This document shows, piece after piece, positions 37,835 to 47,070 of a stretch of 63,718 bases of DNA. Under the pieces are notes generated by a model. The model saw only the letters and a list, made by a program, of their open reading frames with translations, did not search any database and was not told where the DNA came from. Positions within the stretch are counted from its first letter, which is position 1. The number at the start of each line of letters is the position of its first letter. The position numbers were made by a program, and so were the translations under genes. The stretch is from an uncultured virus (IMG/VR IMGVR_UViG_3300029914_000006) (lineage: Duplodnaviria; Heunggongvirae; Uroviricota; Caudoviricetes): the IMG/VR virus record IMGVR_UViG_3300029914_000006. One strand, written 5' to 3'.

Positions 37835-38799
37835 ACACAGTGGTAAGGATTGAATTTGGCTCACATTTGTACGGGACCAACACAGAAACCAGCGATCACG
37901 ATTACAAATCGGTGTACATACCATGCGGTTCTGACATCCTTCTTCAGAGGGTAAAGGGATCTACTGGCCACGAAGTCAAGCGGTACGAGGGAATGAAGAA
38001 CTCGCCTCAAGATACAGACGATGAGGCGTATTCCCTTCAGAGATATTTGGGACTTCTAGCCGAGGGGCAGACTGTCAGCATTGACATGCTGTTCGCTCCC
38101 AGTCCTCTAATCTCCACGCCGCTATGGGAAGAGATTCGCGCCAACAAGGACCGTCTACTCACAAAGAAATCTGCGGCGTTCGTTGGATATTGCCGGACCC
38201 AGGCGAACAAGTACGGCATCAAGGGGAGCCGGGTGGCGGCGGCGAAGCGGGCCGCTGAGTTCTTTTTAGATCATCATCGGTCAAGCGGAGCAACCGCCAA
38301 GGTAGGAGAACTTGAGCCTCTTCTGTCGGGACTGTTCGATGAGCATACGCGAGTCATCACAAAGGAGACAGCGCCTGGAAAGTTTGAAACCTACTTCGAG
38401 TGCTGTAACCGAATGGTAGGTTTCAAGAACACGCTCAAAGAGGCTGCGTCGATCTATACTCGCATCTACGACGAGTACGGCCACCGGGCGCGGCTTGCAC
38501 AGACCAATGAAGGAATCGACTGGAAGGCCCTTTCGCACGCTGTCCGAGTAGCGAATGAGGCTATGGAGCTTCTGATGACCGCGAACGTCACCTTTCCGCT
38601 TCCGAACAGGGATCATATTCTCGCAATCAAGAAAGGGCTTCTTCCTTACGGTAAGGTCGCCGAGGAAATCGAGGGGCTTCTTTTGGATGTCGAACGAGCT
38701 TCGGAAGTTTCCACGCTACGCAATGATCCTGACACGAAATTCATCGATGCTCTAGTGAAGAAGGTATACCGGGAATCTGTATTGATGGAGGCGTCATGA
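37831..38799 (+). CDS. DNA polymerase beta-superfamily nucleotidyltransferase (RlaP/YcgL-like)
   Basis: FGSHLYGTNTETSDHDYK, GYCRTQANKYGIKG, DWKALSHAVR, ILAIKKG. Confidence 0.85.
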   Translation: MNTVVRIEFGSHLYGTNTETSDHDYKSVYIPCGSDILLQRVKGSTGHEVKRYEGMKNSPQDTDDEAYSLQRYLGLLAEGQTVSIDMLFAPSPLISTPLWEEIRANKDRLLTKKSAAFVGYCRTQANKYGIKGSRVAAAKRAAEFFLDHHRSSGATAKVGELEPLLSGLFDEHTRVITKETAPGKFETYFECCNRMVGFKNTLKEAASIYTRIYDEYGHRARLAQTNEGIDWKALSHAVRVANEAMELLMTANVTFPLPNRDHILAIKKGLLPYGKVAEEIEGLLLDVERASEVSTLRNDPDTKFIDALVKKVYRESVLMEAS

Positions 38800-39035
38800 G
38801 CAACATCTACGGAGTGAATAAATGGATCAGCGTCAAAGACAAGATGCCAGATACACGCGGGGAAGTGGGCCATTCCATTTCGGTGCTCATCTGGAACCCC
38901 TTCAACCAATGCGTTTTCATGGCCATATGGCGCGATGGAGAAGGATGGGAAGATTGGACTAACGGGCAGCATAAGCACTGCGAAGACGAGATCACCTATT
39001 GGATGCATCTACCCGAGCCACCGGAGGCATCATGA
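38796..39035 (+). CDS. DUF551-like protein
   Basis: WISVKDKMP..ITYWMHLPEPP. Confidence 0.8.
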   Translation: MSNIYGVNKWISVKDKMPDTRGEVGHSISVLIWNPFNQCVFMAIWRDGEGWEDWTNGQHKHCEDEITYWMHLPEPPEAS

Positions 39036-39373
39036 ATAACATCTACGGCATCTCTTACATCTCCCGAGAAGTCCTTGAAATGCAGCGCATCGAGAACGGA
39101 GTCATCAATGCCACTCTATACATTCTCTGGAACTCCCCAAGCGGCCTATTACGCCCCGGAGACTTCATGCGCTCAATTCTCAGGCAGGCGCATAAGTGCT
39201 TTGCCGGAACGGATCAAGACGGGGGATTCTACGTGCGGCATGACAAGGGACACTTCTTTCTCTATCCAAAAGAGTTCTGCATTAAGGAGAACCGCGGAGG
39301 ATGGGGGCGGCACTGGTACCACTGCCGCATCGACCCGGATCTTGCCTGCTGGATATTCGAGGTGATGCCATGA
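39032..39373 (+). CDS. Hypothetical protein
   Basis: GGAGG RBS, coupled; begins MNNIYG like upstream gene's MSNIYG. Confidence 0.5.
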   Translation: MNNIYGISYISREVLEMQRIENGVINATLYILWNSPSGLLRPGDFMRSILRQAHKCFAGTDQDGGFYVRHDKGHFFLYPKEFCIKENRGGWGRHWYHCRIDPDLACWIFEVMP

Positions 39374-39555
39374 CCGACACCTGTACCTTGCCAATGCTGG
39401 GTTCGCCGACGTTCTCCTGCGACGTCGAGATGTACATTTACCTGCTTCGCCACGAGGGCGATCCTCTCATTGATGCGTGGTGGATTGGATGGGAGTTTGC
39501 GCAGAAGGGGCGCACCCTGGAGCGAGCACTTTGGAAAGTGAGATACGGAATATGA
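39370..39555 (+). CDS. Hypothetical protein
   Basis: GAGGTG RBS, coupled. Confidence 0.45.
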   Translation: MTDTCTLPMLGSPTFSCDVEMYIYLLRHEGDPLIDAWWIGWEFAQKGRTLERALWKVRYGI

Positions 39556-39698
39556 CCGACCAGAAACTAATCGGCTACGCCATCGGAGCCATAATCTTCA
39601 CCTTCATCGCGTCCGTCTTCTGCGCGGTAAACTGGACGATAGACTGGTTCGACGACCGTCGCCAGGCGAGGGCAGATGCGGAAGAACAGACACAGTGA
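39552..39698 (+). CDS. Small single-TM membrane protein
   Basis: LIGYAIGAIIFTFIASVFCAV hydrophobic stretch. Confidence 0.5.
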   Translation: MTDQKLIGYAIGAIIFTFIASVFCAVNWTIDWFDDRRQARADAEEQTQ

Positions 39699-39817
39699 CA
39701 CCGTTTGCAGCGCATGTAATCACGGCAAGCATGGGCGATGCAGTGGGCGGCGGCAGTTGGCGACCGGTGGATACGGGCCTTGCGAGTGCGAATGCGCCAA
39801 AACAGAAAGGAAAGAGG

Positions 39818-40093
39818 ATGGACCAGTGGAAGCCCAAGAAGCAGTTCGCCCCGGAGGAGGTCGAAGCGGCGATGGCTCGAAAGGGAGGATTCTCCCGCGA
39901 ATCGCTGGCGAAGTTGGGCGTTCCATGGCCACCTCCGAGCGGTTGGCGCCGGGCCATCACGAAGAGACCAGAAATCCCATCCGCCATAATGGATGACGCG
40001 CGCACTCGAACTCCTGAAGAGTGGTATGCGCTGATTCCAAAGTTAGCTCATTGGGCCTTCAAGGGGAGAACCATTTGCCCCGAAGCAGAATGA
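39818..40093 (+). CDS. Hypothetical protein
   Basis: GAGG RBS; KGGFSRESLAKLGVPWPPPSGW family motif. Confidence 0.6.
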   Translation: MDQWKPKKQFAPEEVEAAMARKGGFSRESLAKLGVPWPPPSGWRRAITKRPEIPSAIMDDARTRTPEEWYALIPKLAHWAFKGRTICPEAE

Positions 40094-40768
40094 AGTTGGC
40101 GGAATTACCACTATTTTGTCGGGTGAAAGATATTTATGCTTGCGCGGAATCTTTATCTTCTTTGCGGCTTCCCGTATATCCCAAACTACTCGACCAAGGT
40201 TCTTTTTCACATCTTGGTTTGTGAATCGAATAACGGTCCACCCCAACTTCCTGATGGATTCAGTACGAATCGCGTCAAGGGTCTGCTGCTCAGGAGTGAA
40301 ATGGTATCCACCATCGACTTCGACCGCCAACTTCCCAGGAAGTATCTGGAAGTCTACAAAATAGGACCCCACCGACACTTGCGCATCGAAGGATATAGCC
40401 TGCTTCAGAAGCTCTCCCGCAAGCAGCATTTCAGATGGAGTTTGACGATTAATAAGGTCTTCGCGCTTTTCTTTGAGAGACAAGCTTTTCCAGTAGGACT
40501 CTTGGGTGCTTGATGCAGGTATTACGCTGACAACCTTGCCTTTCTTTATCTTTTTAGGATTGGCAGAATGAGCTTTCGCGATCTTCATTCGTTTCGTGAC
40601 GGCCCCTAGTCTCTCAAGGGCTGCTTCTCTGGTGTTAGTCCTTTCCGCCTGATCCATTTTTCCGCAGAGTAAACACCTTACGAAGTGGCAGTGGATGCGG
40701 GCGTGGAGGTAATCTTCAGGCTTGAAGCATGGCTCTGGTAAATCTTCACGGCAAACAGAGCAGAGCAT
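40043..40768 (-). CDS. DUF559 / very-short-patch-repair-like endonuclease
   Basis: TPSEMLL, YFVDF, LAVEVDGGYH, DAIRTESIRKLGWTVIRFTN; lower GC, antisense to neighbours. Confidence 0.85.
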   Translation of the reverse strand: MLCSVCREDLPEPCFKPEDYLHARIHCHFVRCLLCGKMDQAERTNTREAALERLGAVTKRMKIAKAHSANPKKIKKGKVVSVIPASSTQESYWKSLSLKEKREDLINRQTPSEMLLAGELLKQAISFDAQVSVGSYFVDFQILPGKLAVEVDGGYHFTPEQQTLDAIRTESIRKLGWTVIRFTNQDVKKNLGRVVWDIREAAKKIKIPRKHKYLSPDKIVVIPPTSFCFGANGSPLEGPMS

Positions 40769-40806
40769 TACTCCACCGCCTGTGCGAGTACGGTAAACTT
40801 GGATTG

Positions 40807-40868
40807 GGGTGTCATGGTCGGACTTTCCTCCGATTAGGGTTTGCGCCGGGGTTCCAGCCCCGACACCC
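40807..40868 (-). ncRNA. Structured 5' leader upstream of DUF559 gene
   Basis: Minus strand: TATAAT, then GGGTGTC...GACACCC closing stem enclosing CGGGG/CCCCG and TCGGA/TCCGA hairpins. Confidence 0.4.
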
Positions 40869-40947
40869 TTCCATTATATCAACTTTTCCCTAAAATCAAC
40901 CTCCCAAATGCAACCGTTCATCAACTTCTGGCGCTACAATACCCGCG

Positions 40948-41757
40948 ATGGGCACCCAAATTGTTGTCGCAAATCCGTCGCATATCCCGCAGCCCGAGTA
41001 CCTTGCGCCCCAAGAAATTGACGTTGAGGAGTACAACTGCGAGATCCACGCAGCCGCCAAGTCGCTGCGCGTCAGTTCCATGCGGATAGCCTTTTACGGC
41101 TTCAGGATGAAGATGGCGGATGGATGGACAGCTTGGGGGTTCGAGTCAGGCCCCCGAGGCGAAGAGGCGTACATCGAGTCCGTGGGCATCCCGCGCTCGA
41201 CCTGGTTCCGGCTGGTGCGCGTCGGCCAGGCTATGCACCAACTCCCTTTGGCGGAGCTCGAAAAGATCAGCGTCACGAACGCCGAGATCCTGCTGTCGGT
41301 AAGCCCGACCATCCTCTACGACCACAACTGGGTATTCGAGGCCAAGACCCTTCCCTCTACCAAGCTGGCCGCACTCGTGGCGGAACGCAACAAGGTGGCC
41401 GGCGACGACCGCGAGCCTCTTACGATCCTGCATTTCAAGGTCCCGGTACTGGCCAAGCAATCCATCGACGAGATGCTGGACGTATTTAAAGACAAGAACA
41501 TGCTGTCCAGCCGGGGGCAGGCTATCGAGTTTATGGTGGCCGACCTGCACGACCGGACGAACCTACTGGCATCGGTAGACAAGGCGCTCAAACTGATCAA
41601 GGGGGCCTACGTCGGGTTGTCGTCCAAAAAGATATCGGCACCGGACGAGATGTACTGGATTGAACTGGCGATGGAGGCACTCAGTGAGGCTCGTGAGAAA
41701 GCGGTTCAAGCCGCCCGATCGAAACCCGACCGCGGTAAAGAAGGTAGGGGGGCGTGA
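40948..41757 (+). CDS. Hypothetical protein (possibly leaderless)
   Basis: 269-aa ORF; TACAAT 7 nt before ATG; TGCAACCGTT box at 40909-40918. Confidence 0.7.
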   Translation: MGTQIVVANPSHIPQPEYLAPQEIDVEEYNCEIHAAAKSLRVSSMRIAFYGFRMKMADGWTAWGFESGPRGEEAYIESVGIPRSTWFRLVRVGQAMHQLPLAELEKISVTNAEILLSVSPTILYDHNWVFEAKTLPSTKLAALVAERNKVAGDDREPLTILHFKVPVLAKQSIDEMLDVFKDKNMLSSRGQAIEFMVADLHDRTNLLASVDKALKLIKGAYVGLSSKKISAPDEMYWIELAMEALSEAREKAVQAARSKPDRGKEGRGA

Positions 41758-42052
41758 AATCTGCCTCAACAACGACGCAGGGCGAGCCGCTTATAAGCAG
41801 CGGAAAATGCTCATGTGGCAACGTCAGTCAGGTTTTTGTAGCCTCTGCGGAAAACCAGTATCGCTTAGTGAATGCACCTTTGAGCACGCTCAAGGTCGGA
41901 CTTCAGGGAGAAGAGATGATCGCGTTATCGACGAGAACGGACAGCCAATCAACTCAATATGCCACCCTCGGTGCAACCAGGACAAAGGGTCTCGGCATTT
42001 TCAACCGGATATTCCTCGCGGCTTCGATCCTGATCCTAGCTTCGGCGAGTAG
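41684..42052 (+). CDS. HNH endonuclease
   Basis: RQSGFCSLCG..TFEH..NSICHPRCNQDKG; GGAGG RBS before GTG. Confidence 0.75.
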   Translation: MRLVRKRFKPPDRNPTAVKKVGGREICLNNDAGRAAYKQRKMLMWQRQSGFCSLCGKPVSLSECTFEHAQGRTSGRRDDRVIDENGQPINSICHPRCNQDKGSRHFQPDIPRGFDPDPSFGE

Positions 42053-44507
42053 CGCCTTCGCGCAAGTCGGCGCGGCCATCAGCGGCCAGTGGGTGACGAC
42101 CAGCGGAACTCCAGCGGCCAACGCGCGCCTCACGGTCTGCCCGTACACTGCCAGCGGCATCCCCTGCTATCCGCAGGCGACCATCTACGCCGATCCTGGG
42201 CTTACTGTACCACTATCGCAGCCCTACGCGACAAACAGTTACGGGAACGCCACGGTCTACGTCGCGACGGGAGCATACATAGTCCAAGTCGCCATCAACG
42301 GAACAATCACATACTCATATGGATGGACAGCATCCACGGGTTCTGGAAGCATATCGGGAACAGGTGCGCCTACAGGCTTAACCTGCAATGCGAACAACGC
42401 AGGACAGATTTACGTCAACAAAGTGACAGGCGAGATTTACACATGCAACGGCGCAGCGTGGACATTGCCGCCAGCAGCCGGAGGGCCGTACTTGCCGTTG
42501 GCGGGTGGCACACTCGCAGGCCCCCTCAACGGCACGAGTGCTACTTTCTCAGGCACCGTCGTGGCTCCCACGACAAATGGTATCCACTATTCAGGAGAGT
42601 ATGCGGGAAACGATTGGGTTTCAAAATTGCAAGCTTGTTTACTTTCGAACACAACAGGAACTTGCACGGTGGACGGTTCTAATGGTTTCAGTCAAACTGG
42701 AACTACCGTTCTAACTACATCAGGATTAGGACAATCAATTCAGTTTATTCAGTCAGGAATATACACTGTCTTAAAAGGTATTATTTTAACTGGAGGCGAT
42801 ACAGTTATAGGAATGTCGCCTAGTTACGGTCATAATCCTGTAAGTATAGAGGCTGCAAATAATGCTGCAATAAATACGCCGCTTATAACGGTTGGGAGCG
42901 GTGTAGTAATTGCTTGGATAGATATCGATGGAAATACATGCGGTGTTGGTTGGGGACTTTGCCATACAAATAACGGCATGAGTGGAGCAAATCCTGTTGT
43001 TTCTATTTCTGGGGGAGGTAACCAAAGGCTAACGAGTATAGGCATATGGAATGGAACGGACGCAGGAATTATTAGCACTGGCGTCAATAATTTGTATTTA
43101 GAAAATGTTCTTGTAGCTGGTAACTCTAAGCAAGGATATCTATGTTCTGGTAGCGGCGATATATGGATTCAAGGTGGTTCGCAATTTGAAGCCAATGGCT
43201 ACTCGGGAATAGAATTAGCGGGTTGCGGTTCTGTTAGGATGACAGGCGGCGATATCTCTGTAACAGGTTCTCTCGGTGCTGGTGCGACCAGCACTAAATG
43301 TAGTCTCTATGTGCACGGTTTGAGTGGAAGTCAATTAGCTACAACTAATATTTTCGACTCGGTGCAATTTGGTTCGGCGGGTAGTTCTGCTATATGTGAT
43401 GTAAATAATAGTACTAATCCGTCTATCCCATTTAATTTACAAAATATATATCAAGGTATTCAGTCTATTTCGCCTAGTTCTTCTTATCCTAATATCTATG
43501 TTTATAACGGACAAAATGATTTTTTCTCTGGGACAGTATATTCTTATGGTTCGCAATATGGAATACAATTTTCTGAGTCAGGCTCAGGGTTCGCATTACC
43601 TTCTTCTGTTAGATTAGTTTTTGCGAACGGTACAACGCTTTCAAACGCATGGAATGACACAACTGTTTACAAAAATGATTTTTCTGGTTCTATAGTTGGC
43701 AATACACAGACTTATTTTAGCGAAGGACCATTTGAACAATGTACAAAGACTTCAAATGGATTAGATTCTTGTACCGAAACATTCAATGAGGCATTTAGTA
43801 ATTCGAATCCAGTAAAAAGCATTTATATGCCCAATCTGAATGGTGGTGGGTATCAAAACTATGAATCTATCGGTGTAAATTCAGCGCCTTATAATTCGAC
43901 AGCACTAGGATTCACTTATAGCAGTTCCGGTTCTACATCTAATAAAGCATTTTGGGGAGTAGCTGGAGGTGTCAATGCGGCGTTTATTGACGGATTAGGA
44001 AATGTGACAAATCTTAATTCAGTAACTTCCGGTCATGTTACTATCGGCACTGGATCATCGTTGAATATATACTCTGGGAATTATGCCTCCGGATCTCAAT
44101 TTGGACCGACTATAAGATCATCAGCCGGAAATAATCTGATTCTTAATTCTTATGGTGGAACGTCATCTGTTTTTCTCAACAACGATAATGGTAGCGGAAC
44201 CGGAGGAACTAATTTCGGAAATGGCGCTGGAACAATTGTTGCTGTTATTGATGGTTCTGGGAATATATCCGGAAATACAGCTACAGTGTCCTCAGCCCGT
44301 CGCGGAACGTTCACCTGCACTGCTGGTGGAAATATTCTTATTTCAAACACTAACTTTATCACTGGATCAGATGTTTTAGTCACAATGGAAACAAGCGGAG
44401 GAACACCTGCGCAACCATATATGAATACACCATCAAGCGGTGCAAGTTTCAAAGAACAATGCGGTGCCTCCGACACGAGCGTGTATCGATATACGATCTG
44501 GAACTGA
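41916..44507 (+). CDS. Tailspike/receptor-binding-like protein with beta-helix region
   Basis: ATIYADPGLTVPLSQPYATNSYGNATVYVATGAY head-binding-like N-domain; Gly/Asn/Ser-rich beta-helix-like repeats; AT-rich from about 42590; start uncertain (frame open from 41754). Confidence 0.7.
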   Translation: MIALSTRTDSQSTQYATLGATRTKGLGIFNRIFLAASILILASASSAFAQVGAAISGQWVTTSGTPAANARLTVCPYTASGIPCYPQATIYADPGLTVPLSQPYATNSYGNATVYVATGAYIVQVAINGTITYSYGWTASTGSGSISGTGAPTGLTCNANNAGQIYVNKVTGEIYTCNGAAWTLPPAAGGPYLPLAGGTLAGPLNGTSATFSGTVVAPTTNGIHYSGEYAGNDWVSKLQACLLSNTTGTCTVDGSNGFSQTGTTVLTTSGLGQSIQFIQSGIYTVLKGIILTGGDTVIGMSPSYGHNPVSIEAANNAAINTPLITVGSGVVIAWIDIDGNTCGVGWGLCHTNNGMSGANPVVSISGGGNQRLTSIGIWNGTDAGIISTGVNNLYLENVLVAGNSKQGYLCSGSGDIWIQGGSQFEANGYSGIELAGCGSVRMTGGDISVTGSLGAGATSTKCSLYVHGLSGSQLATTNIFDSVQFGSAGSSAICDVNNSTNPSIPFNLQNIYQGIQSISPSSSYPNIYVYNGQNDFFSGTVYSYGSQYGIQFSESGSGFALPSSVRLVFANGTTLSNAWNDTTVYKNDFSGSIVGNTQTYFSEGPFEQCTKTSNGLDSCTETFNEAFSNSNPVKSIYMPNLNGGGYQNYESIGVNSAPYNSTALGFTYSSSGSTSNKAFWGVAGGVNAAFIDGLGNVTNLNSVTSGHVTIGTGSSLNIYSGNYASGSQFGPTIRSSAGNNLILNSYGGTSSVFLNNDNGSGTGGTNFGNGAGTIVAVIDGSGNISGNTATVSSARRGTFTCTAGGNILISNTNFITGSDVLVTMETSGGTPAQPYMNTPSSGASFKEQCGASDTSVYRYTIWN

Positions 44508-44567
44508 AGCTAGATAACCGCTACGGTGCCTGACGTTTTGTAGTAATTTTCTTTTAAGGGGATTCGG

Positions 44568-44984
44568 ATGCCATCGAGAATAGGCGATCCAGAGCACGAC
44601 GAACACGGGCGAATCAGGGAGCTAGAGAAGGGGATGGCGACCGTAACTTCAGATGTGAGGGCATTGACCGATTGGAGGGTGGAAGTGGCAGACCCTAAAT
44701 TGGACAAGATCCACAGAATCCTTATCGATGGAGACGGCGATAATCCCTCGCTCGTGACCCTGGTTGCCCTGATTCTACAGAAGTTCGACCTGATCCTCGA
44801 CACAGTTAAGTGGACAGGGAAGGCTCTTGTTGCCCTCGCCTCGCTTATCGTTGCCATGATCGGGATCAATGCGGTCTGGGGTCCTGCAATCCGCCATTAT
44901 TTCGGCTTGCCAGTTGCCTATATCGCATCACCCACAACGGGAGTATCATCGCAGCATCAGGTATACCAGAAAGCATCGGAGTGA
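44568..44984 (+). CDS. Holin-like membrane protein
   Basis: N-terminal coiled coil plus one TM segment (LVALASLIVAMIGINAVW). Confidence 0.5.
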   Translation: MPSRIGDPEHDEHGRIRELEKGMATVTSDVRALTDWRVEVADPKLDKIHRILIDGDGDNPSLVTLVALILQKFDLILDTVKWTGKALVALASLIVAMIGINAVWGPAIRHYFGLPVAYIASPTTGVSSQHQVYQKASE

Positions 44985-44986
44985 AC

Positions 44987-45118
44987 ATGGCAGACGAAAC
45001 ACCTTTGATCCCATCTCCTGAACCAGAAGCGCCACTTCCCGCGCCAGAACCCACCCCAGAAATGCGCCCGTGGGTGCCCGGAGATCCACCTCCGGGGAGT
45101 GGCCCGGTAAACTGCTAG
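44987..45118 (+). CDS. Small Pro-rich peptide
   Basis: GGAG RBS; MADETPLIPSPEPEAP..GPVNC. Confidence 0.4.
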   Translation: MADETPLIPSPEPEAPLPAPEPTPEMRPWVPGDPPPGSGPVNC

Positions 45119-45134
45119 ACGAAGAAGAAAGCGA

Positions 45135-45410
45135 GTGACTATGAACGAGGATCTGTCTGATGCCGTCGCTATTTGCAAGGGCCTTTGGCTCTCTATTCGG
45201 AGCAACCGTTACTTCGTCGCTTTTGAAGGCGGGGCAATCGCCGCAGCCGGTAATGCCGTCGTCGCAGCCTACAACAACAACGGGCAACTCGACTTCAGCG
45301 CCCCAGCCATCCACAAGCTTATTGGAGTCGCTATCGTCGGAGGCATCGTCGCAGTCCGCATGCTCAATCGTCCGTCCCCCGGAACCAACTCACCCAGCAA
45401 CCAGCAATAA
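45135..45410 (+). CDS. Holin-like two-TM protein
   Basis: Two hydrophobic segments, basic/polar tail. Confidence 0.5.
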   Translation: MTMNEDLSDAVAICKGLWLSIRSNRYFVAFEGGAIAAAGNAVVAAYNNNGQLDFSAPAIHKLIGVAIVGGIVAVRMLNRPSPGTNSPSNQQ

Positions 45411-45420
45411 GGAGCAAACC

Positions 45421-45765
45421 GTGAACCTCACTCAGCCATTCAAGTCCCTTGGGCACTTCTTCGCGACAGCCGTGCAGCGGATTCTCGCCGACACGCCGAA
45501 GATCGAAGCCTCCGCCACCGCCGCAGAAGGTAGCGCCGAAGTAGTGGAAACCGTTTCTGCCGCCCTCCCCGTCTATGGTCCCTTGGCCGTAACCGTGGAG
45601 AAGGCAGGATACGCACTGATCGGTGAACTGATTGCCGTTCTCCATGCTGGCGATGCGGCAGCCGAAGCCAAACTGGCTGATGCCGGATTGGATATCAATG
45701 TCATCAATACCGTCAAGGCTATTGCGGCCGATCCTTCGATCAAGGCCGTTGCGAAGATGATCTGA
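45421..45765 (+). CDS. Hypothetical Ala-rich protein
   Basis: TAAGGAG RBS, GTG start. Confidence 0.6.
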   Translation: MNLTQPFKSLGHFFATAVQRILADTPKIEASATAAEGSAEVVETVSAALPVYGPLAVTVEKAGYALIGELIAVLHAGDAAAEAKLADAGLDINVINTVKAIAADPSIKAVAKMI

Positions 45766-46430
45766 TGGCGCGCGCGATACAGATCGCAACACTTGTCCTA
45801 GTCCTCACCGTCACTTTGGCGGTGGGGATTGGCGTTTGGGGGTGCTTTGGCATGGCCTCTCACCTCATCGCGGCCGCGGATCGCGTTTCGGATGCGACGA
45901 GACAGTTCTCAGGCATGAACGGGACAATAGCCGAGACAGACAAGTTGCTCCTCGCTCTCAAGTCCACTACCGTTCATGCTGATATGGTGATTGCCCATGA
46001 AGACAAGCAACTTGCAAAGTATGACGGATATGCTCGAAATCTTGACGCAGAGATTTCTCGATTGGCAGGTCATAGCGATACAACGCTCAACGGCGTGGAT
46101 AGGGTACTTGCTGCGACTACGGGAACGGCCAATGCCGCGACGCAAGCCATCGGTACAGCCCAATCAACCATCGCCTCCGCCCAGCCTCTCCTGGGCCAAC
46201 TGACGGCCACGGCGAAGGATGCAGACATTGTAATCAGCAACCCTCAGATCGGTTTGACCTTGGCAGATATCCAAAAGTCGATGGCCAGCACCGCCAGCGT
46301 CACCGCGGACACGGCCAAGGTCACGCATCACTTCGAGCAGATCATCGACACCCCAAAGAAGCGCACCTTCTGGGGTACAGTAAAGCAAGGATGGCAGGTA
46401 ATCTGGCAGTTAGGGATGCTGGCAAAGTAG
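45765..46430 (+). CDS. Membrane-anchored coiled-coil protein (spanin/MlaD-like)
   Basis: N-terminal TM followed by long Ala/Thr heptads; in putative lysis cluster. Confidence 0.5.
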   Translation: MARAIQIATLVLVLTVTLAVGIGVWGCFGMASHLIAAADRVSDATRQFSGMNGTIAETDKLLLALKSTTVHADMVIAHEDKQLAKYDGYARNLDAEISRLAGHSDTTLNGVDRVLAATTGTANAATQAIGTAQSTIASAQPLLGQLTATAKDADIVISNPQIGLTLADIQKSMASTASVTADTAKVTHHFEQIIDTPKKRTFWGTVKQGWQVIWQLGMLAK

Positions 46431-46446
46431 ACTCCGGAGGCCGACA

Positions 46447-46671
46447 ATGCCAATGAAGCCGGGCAGTGACAGAGAAACGATCAGCGCGAATATCCGCGAG
46501 GCGCACACAGGTCCGCAGTACGCCAGGACCAAGCGGAAGTTCGGCAAGAAGACCGCGCAGCGCCAGGCGGTAGCCGCCGCGCTCAACACAGCACGCAAGT
46601 CCAAGAAGAGGAAACCATGGCGAAAAGCAGCAACGAAGCGCAAACCAGTCCGGCGCCGGAGCAGCCGGTAG
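46447..46671 (+). CDS. Small basic phage protein
   Basis: MPMKPGSDRETISANIRE..QAVAAALNTAR, common phage family; GGAGG RBS. Confidence 0.7.
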   Translation: MPMKPGSDRETISANIREAHTGPQYARTKRKFGKKTAQRQAVAAALNTARKSKKRKPWRKAATKRKPVRRRSSR

Positions 46672-47060
46672 TCGTCGGAGACGAAGCAATGACGGTCTAC
46701 GGCATGACCGTAGGCGAACTCATCTCAACCACCCAACAGGACGTGGACCGCCTCTTGGGCCAGATCAAGGACGGCGTAGAGACGATTGCCGCGCGCGATG
46801 CCGAGATCTTGCGTCTCACCGCCGCGCTCGATGAAGCCAAGAAGCCGAAGGTGTTCACCGATGCCGAGGTGCAGGCGGCCGTCAAGCTGGGACCCCAAGG
46901 GCTCAAGAAGTTGCCCAACGGGGATATCTCCGTGCGCGTGACCGTGCCCGAAGAAGCGGCCCTGCCGTTACTGTCCTGGGCGGATAGCGCAGGGGAGGAT
47001 GCGGAGATGTATATCCAGAAGACTCTCGCGGAAGCCTTGGTGGCTTACACTTGCTCGTAA
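46617..47060 (+). CDS. Hypothetical protein
   Basis: GAGGA RBS; coiled coil. Confidence 0.6.
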   Translation: MAKSSNEAQTSPAPEQPVVVGDEAMTVYGMTVGELISTTQQDVDRLLGQIKDGVETIAARDAEILRLTAALDEAKKPKVFTDAEVQAAVKLGPQGLKKLPNGDISVRVTVPEEAALPLLSWADSAGEDAEMYIQKTLAEALVAYTCS

Positions 47061-47070
47061 AGAGGGGTGA

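Noticed and set aside
40819..40832. RNase P RNA (GAGGAAAGTCC motif on minus strand)
   Set aside because: Only an 11-nt match within a ~180-bp intergenic region; the rest of RNase P RNA is absent
41916..44507. Diversity-generating retroelement acting on the tailspike
   Set aside because: No reverse transcriptase and no template/variable repeat pair seen in the window
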